Assembly (NCBI GenBank): GCA_964647565.1
Contig: CAZYIM010000005.1
Span: 1-64,000 of the forward strand
From: an uncultured Methanosarcinales archaeon
GTDB lineage: Archaea > Nanobdellota > Nanobdellia > Woesearchaeales > CAZYIM01
Direction: 5' to 3'
DNA: 64,000 bases
Positions 50,069 through 59,544 of the stretch are shown in pieces (the stretch's first letter is position 1; every line of letters starts with the position of its first letter). A program made the position numbers and the translations under genes. A model generated the notes under the pieces. It saw nothing but the letters and a program-made list of their open reading frames with translations. It was not told the DNA's origin and searched no databases.

Positions 50069-50767
50069 CTATAAAATATATGCTATCGCTAATCCAATTA
50101 TCAAACCAAAAAAGAAGCCATACAGAAAATCCTTAATAATGTAACGCCTGAATTCGTGATAATCCAGAAAACGAACATCTTTTTTTTTAATCTTCTCCTG
50201 TATTCTTTCAAGACCCCTCTTGGCCTGTTCTGATACTTGTTTATGAATATGTTTAACCTTAATTGTATCTTGCTTTTCCTCTTTTTGTTTTTCTGATGTA
50301 TCTTGCGCCGTTTCTTGCTCTTGCTCAGATTCTTGCTTAGGCTCTTGCTCAGGCTCTTGCTCAGGCACCTTATAGACCTGCGCTTCGGTACCAGATTCCT
50401 GCTTATCGGAACTATCCTGATTAAAAGACTCTTGAGTCTTAGAAGTTTCCACAGACTCAGAAGCAGTATCAGTTATCTGTAATTCTGGCTCAGAGTTCTC
50501 AAAACTCTCTGGAGTCTTAGAATATTGATGCATCTCGAGTATTCTTATTGTCCCTGCAAGAGTAGTCTCATTTCTTAGTTCTTGGCCAAGCGCTTTATCT
50601 AAAAATACTCCCTCTATCCACTGAGCTATATCATTCTTCTGCTCATTAACATGTTTCTTGAAGTCTGATTCAGGCATCACACCGAGAATATCCGCTAACT
50701 CAGCAAGGGATTTAACTACAACACCATCCTCAAATGTAAAGTACTTACCCTCTGGAGCTTCTATCAC
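50069..50767 (-). CDS. DUF5752-like domain protein with acidic linker and C-terminal TM anchor
   Basis: YFTFEDG..SLAEL..HV..KNDIAQWI; EPEQ repeats; hydrophobic C-terminus. Confidence 0.7.
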   Translation of the reverse strand: MIEAPEGKYFTFEDGVVVKSLAELADILGVMPESDFKKHVNEQKNDIAQWIEGVFLDKALGQELRNETTLAGTIRILEMHQYSKTPESFENSEPELQITDTASESVETSKTQESFNQDSSDKQESGTEAQVYKVPEQEPEQEPKQESEQEQETAQDTSEKQKEEKQDTIKVKHIHKQVSEQAKRGLERIQEKIKKKDVRFLDYHEFRRYIIKDFLYGFFFGLIIGLAIAYIL

Positions 50768-50794
50768 TCAATTTCACCTCTTTTTTATAACGTT

Positions 50795-51127
50795 TTAGTT
50801 TAATGCCTTGTTTAACATATGTTTGTATAGAACAATCCTAAGATGATCCTTTTGCTTTATACCTGCAATCTTCTTAGCTAATGTAATATCTTTAAAAACA
50901 TCGCGAACCCAGGGTGCAAAATCATTCTTATTATTGCTGACATGATGATTGAAAACTTGATCCTCAAGATGCTCCATGATGTCTGCCAACTCTTTAACAT
51001 GCTTCACAGGCTTGCCGTTACATAGAATGAAATAATGCTCGGGTTTAGTGCTCCTGCTAAGCTTGTTCAGGGACGCTGTCTTTTTCTTGATAGCTCCCTT
51101 TTTTCTGCTTTTTTTTGTCTCTGACAT
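50795..51127 (-). CDS. DUF5752-like small protein
   Basis: YFILCNG..KEL..FNHHV..NDFAPWV. Confidence 0.75.
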   Translation of the reverse strand: MSETKKSRKKGAIKKKTASLNKLSRSTKPEHYFILCNGKPVKHVKELADIMEHLEDQVFNHHVSNNKNDFAPWVRDVFKDITLAKKIAGIKQKDHLRIVLYKHMLNKALN

Positions 51128-51150
51128 ATTTCACCTCTTTATTTTAATGA

Positions 51151-52398
51151 TTAACTAAGAGTGGATAGATTATCGCTGATTTTAAGGTTCGGTTGCCCTG
51201 TGAGCTGTGCGTAATAGTCCTTATTCTGCAGTTTAATCCTAAGCAGCATATCGTTCAGGATGTTCATAAATGCAATAAATGCATCATAGGGGGAATCATA
51301 AGGGTTAAAGTATTTGTGGACATCACCATCGTTGAACCATTTCGTACACATATAGTAGAAATGGTCGCTCGTGGTAAGCTTTCTCCAATCAGCCAGTAAA
51401 TTTTTATCACCAATGCTCTTTATGAATTTTTCAAGGTTGAAAAGCTGTTTTAAGGCTGAATTCTGGATCTCATTGCCCATCCAAGCACTTAGATCCCTTT
51501 CAACATCTGCCCAAGAAACAAAGTTATGGATATCCAGTTCTGCCTTGGACTGAAGCTTGATCAGTTCAGATGGCGTCGCAAATCCTATGTTATTTTTCTT
51601 GAATGCCTCTTCTGGAAGATGTTCAAGAAAGTTGAAGATGCCACTGTCTTCCCATTGATGCTCACCAAAGGTCTCATAATCCATAAAAAGATTGACTACC
51701 TCGCCAGGCACCTCTGTCACCCAATTTGCAAATTTAACAGCAGTCAATGGATGTTCCTTCCAGCTCCTATCACCGAACCTAAAGGCAATATCATCACTCA
51801 GTTTATAGTTCTTCAATAACAGCTTCAGTTTTTCAGCTGTCTTAGGTGTGTAAACAAAATTAGGCGATCTCCAGCCTAGCACATGATCTGCGCCTTCTGC
51901 TAAAATAGCCTTATATCCCAGTCCCTGGACAAAATTTGCTAACTCATTGTTATATATCAACTCTGTGTTCCGGAAGACAGAGGGTTCTACATTAAATAAG
52001 CGTTTCATTAGTTGTTTATGCATCAGAATCTGTTCCTTGAACTCGTCCTTTGAAAAAAGGAATGAAAGTGAGTGATAATAGGTCTCTGAAAGAAATTCCA
52101 CACAACCTGTATCAGCCAACTGCTTGAAGCTCTCAAGTGTTTCAGGACTATATTTTTCAATCTGTTCAGCTACAACTCCTGTGATTGAGAAGGCTATCTT
52201 AAACTTACCCTTGTATTTCTGTATCAGATGAAGCAAAAGCCTATTGGCAGGCAAATAGCATTTGTTTGCCACTTTTTGCAATATTTCCTTATTTTTATTG
52301 TCATCAAAATAGTCTGAATTGTTACCAATGTCAAACACATTGTAGTTTCTTAGCCTATATGGCTGATGTACCTGAAAATATATACATATGTTTACCAA
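51151..52398 (-). CDS. GH57 alpha-amylase
   Basis: FQVHQP, ETYYHSL, FRNTEL, FMDYETFGEH, SWAD, TSDHFYYM. Confidence 0.93.
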   Translation of the reverse strand: MVNICIYFQVHQPYRLRNYNVFDIGNNSDYFDDNKNKEILQKVANKCYLPANRLLLHLIQKYKGKFKIAFSITGVVAEQIEKYSPETLESFKQLADTGCVEFLSETYYHSLSFLFSKDEFKEQILMHKQLMKRLFNVEPSVFRNTELIYNNELANFVQGLGYKAILAEGADHVLGWRSPNFVYTPKTAEKLKLLLKNYKLSDDIAFRFGDRSWKEHPLTAVKFANWVTEVPGEVVNLFMDYETFGEHQWEDSGIFNFLEHLPEEAFKKNNIGFATPSELIKLQSKAELDIHNFVSWADVERDLSAWMGNEIQNSALKQLFNLEKFIKSIGDKNLLADWRKLTTSDHFYYMCTKWFNDGDVHKYFNPYDSPYDAFIAFMNILNDMLLRIKLQNKDYYAQLTGQPNLKISDNLSTLS

Positions 52399-52400
52399 AC

Positions 52401-53627
52401 CTAACCACCCATCAATTTGTTATATAATCTCGAGCATTTTTCAGCAGGAACATTCCAATTGAACTTTTTGATCTCATATTCGCCATGTGATTTAAGGGTG
52501 CTATGCAGGGATTGATAGCTCAATACTGCCACTATCTTATTAGCCAGTTCATCTATATCCCAAAAATCCACCTTTAAACAGTGGTGCAGCACCTCGCTAA
52601 CACCTGACTGCTTTGATATGATAACCGGCGTACCATTTCGTATAGCTTCAAGCGGAGTCAAACCAAATGGCTCTGAAACAGATGGCATGACATATACATC
52701 AGCCATCTGGTATATTTTGTTGATCTCGTCACCCCTTAAAAAGCCAGTGAAAAGCACCTTATCTGAAATACCCAGTTCAGCTACTCTGTTTATAATCTGG
52801 CCTTCCATATCACCTGAACCCACAAATACAAACTTGATAGTAGGATCCAAATCCAGCACTTTTTTTGCAGCCTCAATAAAATAATCCGGCCCTTTTTGTA
52901 AGGTAATTCTACCTAAAAAAAGCACGATTTTGTCGCTTTTATTGATTTTAAATTGCTTTTTTTCACCAAGCTCAATTGCGTTATGGATAACCTCGATTTT
53001 GTGTTCAGGTATTCCATATTTTTCCATAATAATGCTCTTCATAAAATGGCTGACTGGCACCACTTTATCTGCCATTTCCATGCCTTTTTTTTCCTGCTCA
53101 TATACCCACTGATTTATGTTGCTGCCACCGCTTCGGTTGAACTCTGTTGCATGTACATGAACCACAAGCGGTTTACCAGTTGCAAGCTTAGCATTTATGC
53201 CTGCTTGAAAGGTCATCCAGTCATGACAATGTATAATATCGAATTCCTCGTTTTCTGCAATGAATTTGGCCTTTATTCCAAACCTAAAAACCTCATCGTG
53301 TAGGTTGTGGCCATAAAGCACAGTCCCTTTGCTTTTACCACCAATTGCAAAGCTAATAAATGCCAGTTTTTCATCGTATTCATGGCTTGTCATATATGGC
53401 GTAATGATAGTCTTGATCTTCTTAATTTTGATATTCACGTTTTTGTAGACATTCTCGGCAACTAACAGTTTTGCATAATCTGAGCTTGCATTTTCAGGAC
53501 CTTTGGGCATCACAAAAGTTACTTGAATATTATGATGGCTTAGTCCTTTTACTAGGCCTAGACAAGCAGTGCCTAACCCCCCGGAATAGATCGGCGGAAA
53601 TTCCCAGCCGAACATCAAGACTCGCAT
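52401..53627 (-). CDS. GT4 glycosyltransferase (probable alpha-glucan synthase)
   Basis: GWEFPP..GGLG, HCHDW, GRITLQKG, PSVSEPFG. Confidence 0.92.
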   Translation of the reverse strand: MRVLMFGWEFPPIYSGGLGTACLGLVKGLSHHNIQVTFVMPKGPENASSDYAKLLVAENVYKNVNIKIKKIKTIITPYMTSHEYDEKLAFISFAIGGKSKGTVLYGHNLHDEVFRFGIKAKFIAENEEFDIIHCHDWMTFQAGINAKLATGKPLVVHVHATEFNRSGGSNINQWVYEQEKKGMEMADKVVPVSHFMKSIIMEKYGIPEHKIEVIHNAIELGEKKQFKINKSDKIVLFLGRITLQKGPDYFIEAAKKVLDLDPTIKFVFVGSGDMEGQIINRVAELGISDKVLFTGFLRGDEINKIYQMADVYVMPSVSEPFGLTPLEAIRNGTPVIISKQSGVSEVLHHCLKVDFWDIDELANKIVAVLSYQSLHSTLKSHGEYEIKKFNWNVPAEKCSRLYNKLMGG

Positions 53628-53650
53628 TATTCACCTCTTTTATTTGCAAT

Positions 53651-53687
53651 TCTCACTAACAATATGATTCCTAACTCTCACTAACAA
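53651..53687. repeat. 12-bp direct repeat TCTCACTAACAA in the 5' leader of the glycogen operon
   Basis: Exact copies at 53651-53662 and 53676-53687. Confidence 0.6.
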
Positions 53688-53850
53688 AAAGTAATATCTT
53701 AATTCTGTTTATAAATTTTGTGCAAGTCAGTACTCATAAATCATATAGTAACATATTTTTAAACTATTAAATTTAATAATTTACTTATAAACTAAATTTA
53801 ATTAACAACAAATAGAAAAATTTATATATGGGCTAGCCCTTAAAAGTATT

Positions 53851-54549
53851 ATGCGGGTTGAAAGTATCCTGACTCCTTCAAGATGGAGCATTCTAAAAGA
53901 GGTTGCAAAACGCAACAATTCTGCTACAGAAATTGCTAAAAAACTCGGCACAAGCATAGCTAACATTTCCCAACAAATAAAGCTTTTGGAAGCTTACAAT
54001 TTTCTTAAAGAACGCCGAAAAGAAAAGCAAAATAAAAGCCCTGGTAAACCCAAAACAGAATATGAAATTGGCAGCGAACTAATACAAATAACATATCTCC
54101 GAAAAGATATGGCTGGCAGAAAAACAGTGATGCTCAAAGAAAAAGATGCTTATTTTAAAACTATTGTCAACATCCTATTTCTACCCAAACCTGAAGATCC
54201 ACCATTCATCATAAGGTTCCTATGCAAGTTTGAAAAACTTAGAGAAGTTGCTGAATCAGTGGCATTCATCTACTCTGACAATGAGAAAATTGAACTGCAG
54301 GTAGTAGCTCCAAAAATCGATGAAGCATTTGCAAAGCAGATTGATGGCGTAATCATAAAAAACATTGATGGAAGCTCCAAGAAAATCAAATGCTGGGTAA
54401 ATACGTTTGAAGAGATAGTCGATGGTATAAAACAAGGCGATCTCCATTATATCGGACTAGTAAATAACGCTCTACCCATTTTTGAACAAAAGGAAAACTT
54501 AATATATAACTTAAAGGAGAGGATTAATCAGAATGAACAAACTGGCTAA
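53851..54549 (+). CDS. ArsR-like winged-HTH regulator with unknown C-terminal domain
   Basis: RWSILKEV..SATEIAKKLGTSIANISQQIKLLE..GKPK. Confidence 0.8.
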   Translation: MRVESILTPSRWSILKEVAKRNNSATEIAKKLGTSIANISQQIKLLEAYNFLKERRKEKQNKSPGKPKTEYEIGSELIQITYLRKDMAGRKTVMLKEKDAYFKTIVNILFLPKPEDPPFIIRFLCKFEKLREVAESVAFIYSDNEKIELQVVAPKIDEAFAKQIDGVIIKNIDGSSKKIKCWVNTFEEIVDGIKQGDLHYIGLVNNALPIFEQKENLIYNLKERINQNEQTG

Positions 54550-54814
54550 GCTCATTGACAATCTGGATGTTGAGGATTTAAAACTAATCAGGAGCGATCT
54601 TGAAAACGGCCATATTGAACGGTTAATAAACAAAAAGATTGAATTATCCTCTAGCAGATCTAAATTCTGCCCTGTTTGCCACAGTAATGTTGGAGGAGAA
54701 GGACTAACGCTCATATTCGGTCCCAAGGAATTCAAACAAAAGGCCTCATTCTGTGCTTTTGACTGCCTTGAATACTTCCTCAGTAAGCTTAAACAAAAAA
54801 AAGAGAGTGACTAG
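54533..54814 (+). CDS. Small protein with TRASH-like zinc finger
   Basis: CPVC...FCAFDC. Confidence 0.7.
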   Translation: MNKLAKLIDNLDVEDLKLIRSDLENGHIERLINKKIELSSSRSKFCPVCHSNVGGEGLTLIFGPKEFKQKASFCAFDCLEYFLSKLKQKKESD

Positions 54815-54815
54815 A

Positions 54816-55070
54816 ATGACCCTGGCTGAAGTGAAAAAAATCATAGAAAAGAGAAAATACGACATAATACACATCCTTAAATGCGACAATGAAGAGATGG
54901 AACTTTCCAAACAACACCAGCTTTATGGTGCAATACGGGAGCTAGAAACCACGCTTCGGATCATCACATTCTACCATGACCAGGAGATTAAGCAAAAAAC
55001 AGAATATAAGTTCCAAAAGGAACCCCGCGAGGATCTCAGAACCAAGATCTCTTTAAGATTGAAAAGATAG
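54816..55070 (+). CDS. Hypothetical protein
   Basis: ATG immediately after upstream stop; QHQLYGAIRE. Confidence 0.65.
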   Translation: MTLAEVKKIIEKRKYDIIHILKCDNEEMELSKQHQLYGAIRELETTLRIITFYHDQEIKQKTEYKFQKEPREDLRTKISLRLKR

Positions 55071-55072
55071 TC

Positions 55073-56512
55073 TTAAAACTTTTTCTTATTAGCTAAAAGC
55101 ACTAGCACGAAATACAAGGGGGCTATTAAAAGTACAGTAATACCAACTAGCACTCTGAAAAAGACTGGAAGACCGAAAGTATGAGCAACGTATGATCCTA
55201 AAGGAATCAAAATGAGATAGGGAATCAGAACCAATATACCCATTGAAGAATAATACATCTTTCGTTGATACTCAAACATGATTTTTCTGGCCAATAAACC
55301 TTGTGCTATGCCTACAAGTGCAGATCCAAAAACAGAGAAAATTGCAGCTATACCCACTGTAAGAATATGTGGATTGAAAGCCATAGAAAGCGGCATCAAG
55401 GCAGACAACATGGTACCAAATACCAACATCGGAGCCATTCCGATCTCTTTGTCAACAATTTTTGTTAAGTTTGGACTAACAAAAGATGCCAGAATAGCCA
55501 TAAAAAAGACTACTGCTACATTAAGGAAACCTCCAAAACCAAGATATTGAAATTCTTTATAGATGAAAATGCCATAATATGTGCTTCCGAGAAGCTGAAC
55601 TGCTCCAAAAAGCAGAGAGGTTATTAGCAAAAGAAGGACTAGCTTATTCTTGAAAAAAACATGGATATGATAACTGAGCTTGTGCATATGATTTATAATA
55701 AATGCCTTAATAGGTACATCTTCCTCTTGGGTTTTGTCCTTAAGGGAAGAAAGCATATAACCTGAGAGAATAAACATGAGCGCTGTTATCTCAAATGAGA
55801 GCAGATAGCCAAATATTTTCATCGAGAAAGTCTTACCAAATAGGGTTAATGAAAAAATAGCTCCTGTTTCGGGTATTAGGTCCATAATGAAACCTGATAA
55901 AAGCATGGTAATACCTGTAATGAGTACACCATAAGTTGCAATCTTAAGCAAGAAATGGCTAAGGTTTTCTTTCTTGATACGAGACCAAATAAGATTGTTG
56001 AAAAGATCACCATAGCTAACAACACCCAATGAACCAATCAGAAATGCAAATGTAAATAGCGGAACTGAGCGTATCGACCTAGCTAAAGCTATAAAAAGGA
56101 AGCTAAAACCAAAGAGAATGCCTGAAAAACTGATAAGATTCTTGCCAATAGTTCTCAACTTGGAATATTCCTGGAGAAAAGAAGTCAAAATAATTGAGAT
56201 GATAGCTTTCAGGCCATTGAAAAGACCAATAAGAAAAATCGATGCTCCTGTATGTAAGAACAGGATATTAATGAACTGTTGCGAACCCATACCATAACCT
56301 ATCCTGTCAAATATTTCCTTGATAGTAAAAATACGAGTCAGTTTGTTTTTTTCTGAACTATGCAGATCTCTAACTTTCTCTGTCACATGCCCTATCGCAT
56401 CATCTATATCCTCTGCAGAGTAGCCTTTTTCTAATAGGTTGTCTCGAACTTCAGAAATAGGCACATGATCTACTAACTCCTCTTTTATTAACTCTACTAA
56501 CTCATCCTCCAT
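55073..56512 (-). CDS. MFS transporter with extra N-terminal soluble domain
   Basis: About 12 TM helices in 6+6 arrangement. Confidence 0.8.
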   Translation of the reverse strand: MEDELVELIKEELVDHVPISEVRDNLLEKGYSAEDIDDAIGHVTEKVRDLHSSEKNKLTRIFTIKEIFDRIGYGMGSQQFINILFLHTGASIFLIGLFNGLKAIISIILTSFLQEYSKLRTIGKNLISFSGILFGFSFLFIALARSIRSVPLFTFAFLIGSLGVVSYGDLFNNLIWSRIKKENLSHFLLKIATYGVLITGITMLLSGFIMDLIPETGAIFSLTLFGKTFSMKIFGYLLSFEITALMFILSGYMLSSLKDKTQEEDVPIKAFIINHMHKLSYHIHVFFKNKLVLLLLITSLLFGAVQLLGSTYYGIFIYKEFQYLGFGGFLNVAVVFFMAILASFVSPNLTKIVDKEIGMAPMLVFGTMLSALMPLSMAFNPHILTVGIAAIFSVFGSALVGIAQGLLARKIMFEYQRKMYYSSMGILVLIPYLILIPLGSYVAHTFGLPVFFRVLVGITVLLIAPLYFVLVLLANKKKF

Positions 56513-56625
56513 AGGACAGGACTAATCAACTGCATATATAAAATTTTTGAATTTCGTCTAAGACTAATGACAAAAAAAACAAGATTTATAAAGTTCGTCG
56601 CCATCTCAAATTATTAGTCTATAAA

Positions 56626-57876
56626 ATGTTCTTTTCATTAAAAGACCTTTTTAAAAAAAAGAGGGGAAGGATTGTAAAAAGGTGGGAGTTCGACTGCAAG
56701 AGTCACCTCTTGACCAAATCTGTTGTTGAAGATATTGATAATGATGGGAAGAAAGAGATCATCTTCGGCACCAAAAGCGGTGAACTCTTTGTTCTTCAGG
56801 ATGACTGCAAACTTAAATGGGTATTTGACGTAAAAGAAGACATTGGCGATGTTGAAATGCTTTTTCTTGATAGTACTAAAATCAGTAGCATTGCCGCACC
56901 TCCAATTGTAGTGGATATAAACGAGGATAAGAAGAAAGAAATAATCTTTGGAACTGAGCTGGGCATTGTATATGCACTTAATAACAAAGGTAAACTACTC
57001 TGGAAGTTCAAAGCAGGCGGCTCAATAAAGGGAGGTATTCTTTCTGTTGACGTAAATAATGATTACATCCCAGAATTAGTTTTTGGTTGTGGGGATAGGT
57101 ATCTCTATGCCATAACCAATAAGGGTGAGTTAATGTGGAAATATGATGCTAAAGCCCGAATTGAATCAAGACCAGAATTATTTGGAAATGACCAGATAAT
57201 CTTTGGCTGTAATGACGGCAATATCCATTCTATCAACAAGAATGCCGAACTGAACTGGAAGTTCAAGACAATGGACAGGGTAATTGCACAACCAGCTGTC
57301 GCTGACCTCTTCAAAGACGGCCAGAAATATATAGTGATAGGCTCGACTGACAACACACTCTATGTGTTGGATAAAGACGGAGACCTGATCTGGAAATATA
57401 CCACAGAAGGTGCCATCTGTTCAAAAGCATGCATCATAGATATTAACGAGGATAATCGACCTGAAATCATCTTCGGAGCATGTGACAACAATGTCTATGC
57501 GTTATATAACAACGGAGATAAGTTCTGGTCTTATGAAACTGGGTTCTGGATTGTAGACCAACCTCTTATTTATGATATCAATAATGACGGTAAACCTGAA
57601 GTTGTTGTTGGTTCTTATGATAGTAACATTTATATACTTAGAGGCGAAGGTAACTTTATACTTGACTATGTTCCAGGACTATCAGGTATGATACAACAGA
57701 CAGGAATATACAGCAATATCATCACCAAGGATCCTGGAGAGATTCATGGCAAAAAACTCTGGCAATTCAAAACTGAAAGCGTAGTGGTGGGTTGTTCAAA
57801 CATTCCAAAAACAAGTAATATCATAGTCAATACACAAAAAGGAAAGATAAATAACCTAGCACATTCGAAAGATTAA
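56626..57876 (+). CDS. FG-GAP/PQQ-like beta-propeller repeat protein
   Basis: Repeats of DINxDxxxEIIFG..D..LY.L...G...W. Confidence 0.88.
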   Translation: MFFSLKDLFKKKRGRIVKRWEFDCKSHLLTKSVVEDIDNDGKKEIIFGTKSGELFVLQDDCKLKWVFDVKEDIGDVEMLFLDSTKISSIAAPPIVVDINEDKKKEIIFGTELGIVYALNNKGKLLWKFKAGGSIKGGILSVDVNNDYIPELVFGCGDRYLYAITNKGELMWKYDAKARIESRPELFGNDQIIFGCNDGNIHSINKNAELNWKFKTMDRVIAQPAVADLFKDGQKYIVIGSTDNTLYVLDKDGDLIWKYTTEGAICSKACIIDINEDNRPEIIFGACDNNVYALYNNGDKFWSYETGFWIVDQPLIYDINNDGKPEVVVGSYDSNIYILRGEGNFILDYVPGLSGMIQQTGIYSNIITKDPGEIHGKKLWQFKTESVVVGCSNIPKTSNIIVNTQKGKINNLAHSKD

Positions 57877-57919
57877 AATAGGGGTAGTACATTTATAATT
57901 TAAAAAGAGGGTGAGGCAT

Positions 57920-58729
57920 ATGGATGTTGTTAATAAAAAAGAGGATATAAAGAGGATAAGAACCTATATTCACGGTCTTGACGAACATATGGAGTATGGC
58001 GTCCCAGAAGAACACGTCGTTCTTGTAAGCGGTGGACCCGGAACAATGAAATCTTCTCTTTGCTTTAATGTACTCTACAATGAAGCTCTAAGAGGCAACA
58101 ATAGCATCTATATCTCGCTGGAACAGTCTCACCAGTCACTAATCAATCATATGATCAATATGGGTCTGGACATGACTAAGATCAATCTGTTGGTCATAAA
58201 AGACCTTTCAACATTGAGAGTTGAATTGAATAAGATCAGCAACGCTAAGACCGGCACCATCATATTGGTGGATGTTGGCTGTATAAGAAAGGAGATTAAA
58301 GACCTAAATGTAAGCGATAACAAGAGCTGGATGAATGTCATCAAGAACATAGCCAAGAAGATACGGGCTGAAACCCAATGCAAGGTCTTTGTAATGGACT
58401 CGCTTGCAGCTCTCTATGTACTTTCAAGGTTTGAAAATCCAAGAATTGAAGTATTCTATTTCTTTGAGTTCTTAAGAGATCTAAAAATGACATCTTTGCT
58501 TGTGTCAGAAGGGCCTCCTGACCACAGCAGGTACGGTCAGTTCGAGACAGAAGATTTCCTTGCAGATGGAATCATACAACTAAAATTGACTCCATTTAGA
58601 AGAAATATAGTCAGGGAGATCAACATTGTCAAGATGAGGGCGACTAAGTGTAACAACGATGTCTTCTCACTGGAAGTTAAGAACGGCCAGTTCCACGCAT
58701 TGTATGGTGGGCAGAATCCTTTGTTGTAA
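57920..58729 (+). CDS. Single-domain KaiC/RAD55-family ATPase
   Basis: SGGPGTMKSS, YISLEQ, VMDSL, FLADGII, IVKMRAT. Confidence 0.88.
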   Translation: MDVVNKKEDIKRIRTYIHGLDEHMEYGVPEEHVVLVSGGPGTMKSSLCFNVLYNEALRGNNSIYISLEQSHQSLINHMINMGLDMTKINLLVIKDLSTLRVELNKISNAKTGTIILVDVGCIRKEIKDLNVSDNKSWMNVIKNIAKKIRAETQCKVFVMDSLAALYVLSRFENPRIEVFYFFEFLRDLKMTSLLVSEGPPDHSRYGQFETEDFLADGIIQLKLTPFRRNIVREINIVKMRATKCNNDVFSLEVKNGQFHALYGGQNPLL

Positions 58730-58807
58730 AGGGAAAAAAATAAAAAGCATCTATCGTTATCTTGTTTTTTATTGGGTAGTTCGTCTGAAATCTATAAGTT
58801 TTCAAAG

Positions 58808-58963
58808 ATGACTAGATTCGAATGTGCTGTATGAGGATATGTGTATGATGAAGAAAAAGAGATCAATAAATGGACTGATCTTCCAGATTATTAGTGCTGT
58901 CCTGTATGTGGAGGTTTAAGAAATATTTTCAAGGAAATTGAGGTGAATACTAAAAATGACTAA
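58808..58963 (+). pseudogene. Rubredoxin with two in-frame stops (TGA at Cys, TAG at Trp)
   Basis: MTRFECAV*GYVYDEEKEINKWTDLPDY*CCPVCGG...F; absent from the ORF track. Confidence 0.85.
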
Positions 58964-59507
58964 AACTGAAGAAAATTTAAAAGCTGCCTTTGCTGGTGAG
59001 AGCCAGGCAAGGAACAAATATACCTACTTTGCAAAAGTAGCCAGGAAACAAGGCTTCCATTATATTGCAAAGATATTTGAGGAGACTGCAATAAATGAGA
59101 TGCAACACGCCAAAGATGAGTTCAAGCTACTCAAAGGCATAGGTGACACTGCCGCTAATCTGCAGGCAGCCGCAGATGGCGAACACTATGAAACCAACGA
59201 GATGTATCCTGAGTTTGCCAAGGATGCCGAAGAAGAAGGCAACGAAGAGGCAGCCATACTTTTCAAACAGATCGCCAAAGTTGAGGCTGCGCATGAGGCC
59301 AGGTATAAAAAATTGCTCGAGCTAGTCAATAATGACTCTGTCTTCAAGAGAGGCAAACCCATAAGATGGAAATGCTCTAAATGTGGTTATATCCATACAG
59401 GCGAAGAACCTCCTAATAAATGCCCTGCATGCAAGCATGCCCAGGAGTATTATGAGCCTGAGTGCATGTGCTTTGCAGATGACTGTGGATGTTGTAATCC
59501 AGGATAG
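58956..59507 (+). CDS. rbr: Rubrerythrin with Cys-rich C-terminal extension
   Basis: AFAGESQARNKY, EMQHA, EHYE..MYP, EAAH, WKCSKCGY..CPAC. Confidence 0.94.
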   Translation: MTKTEENLKAAFAGESQARNKYTYFAKVARKQGFHYIAKIFEETAINEMQHAKDEFKLLKGIGDTAANLQAAADGEHYETNEMYPEFAKDAEEEGNEEAAILFKQIAKVEAAHEARYKKLLELVNNDSVFKRGKPIRWKCSKCGYIHTGEEPPNKCPACKHAQEYYEPECMCFADDCGCCNPG

Positions 59508-59544
59508 AAAATTCATTTTTTTATTTTTATAATTCAGAATCAGA

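Noticed and set aside
50316..50366. Short tandem repeats here and at 9643-9693 as CRISPR candidates
   Set aside because: In-frame low-complexity linkers with no spacers and no cas genes
57920..58729. Circadian clock KaiC
   Set aside because: Single domain, and no kaiA or kaiB in the window
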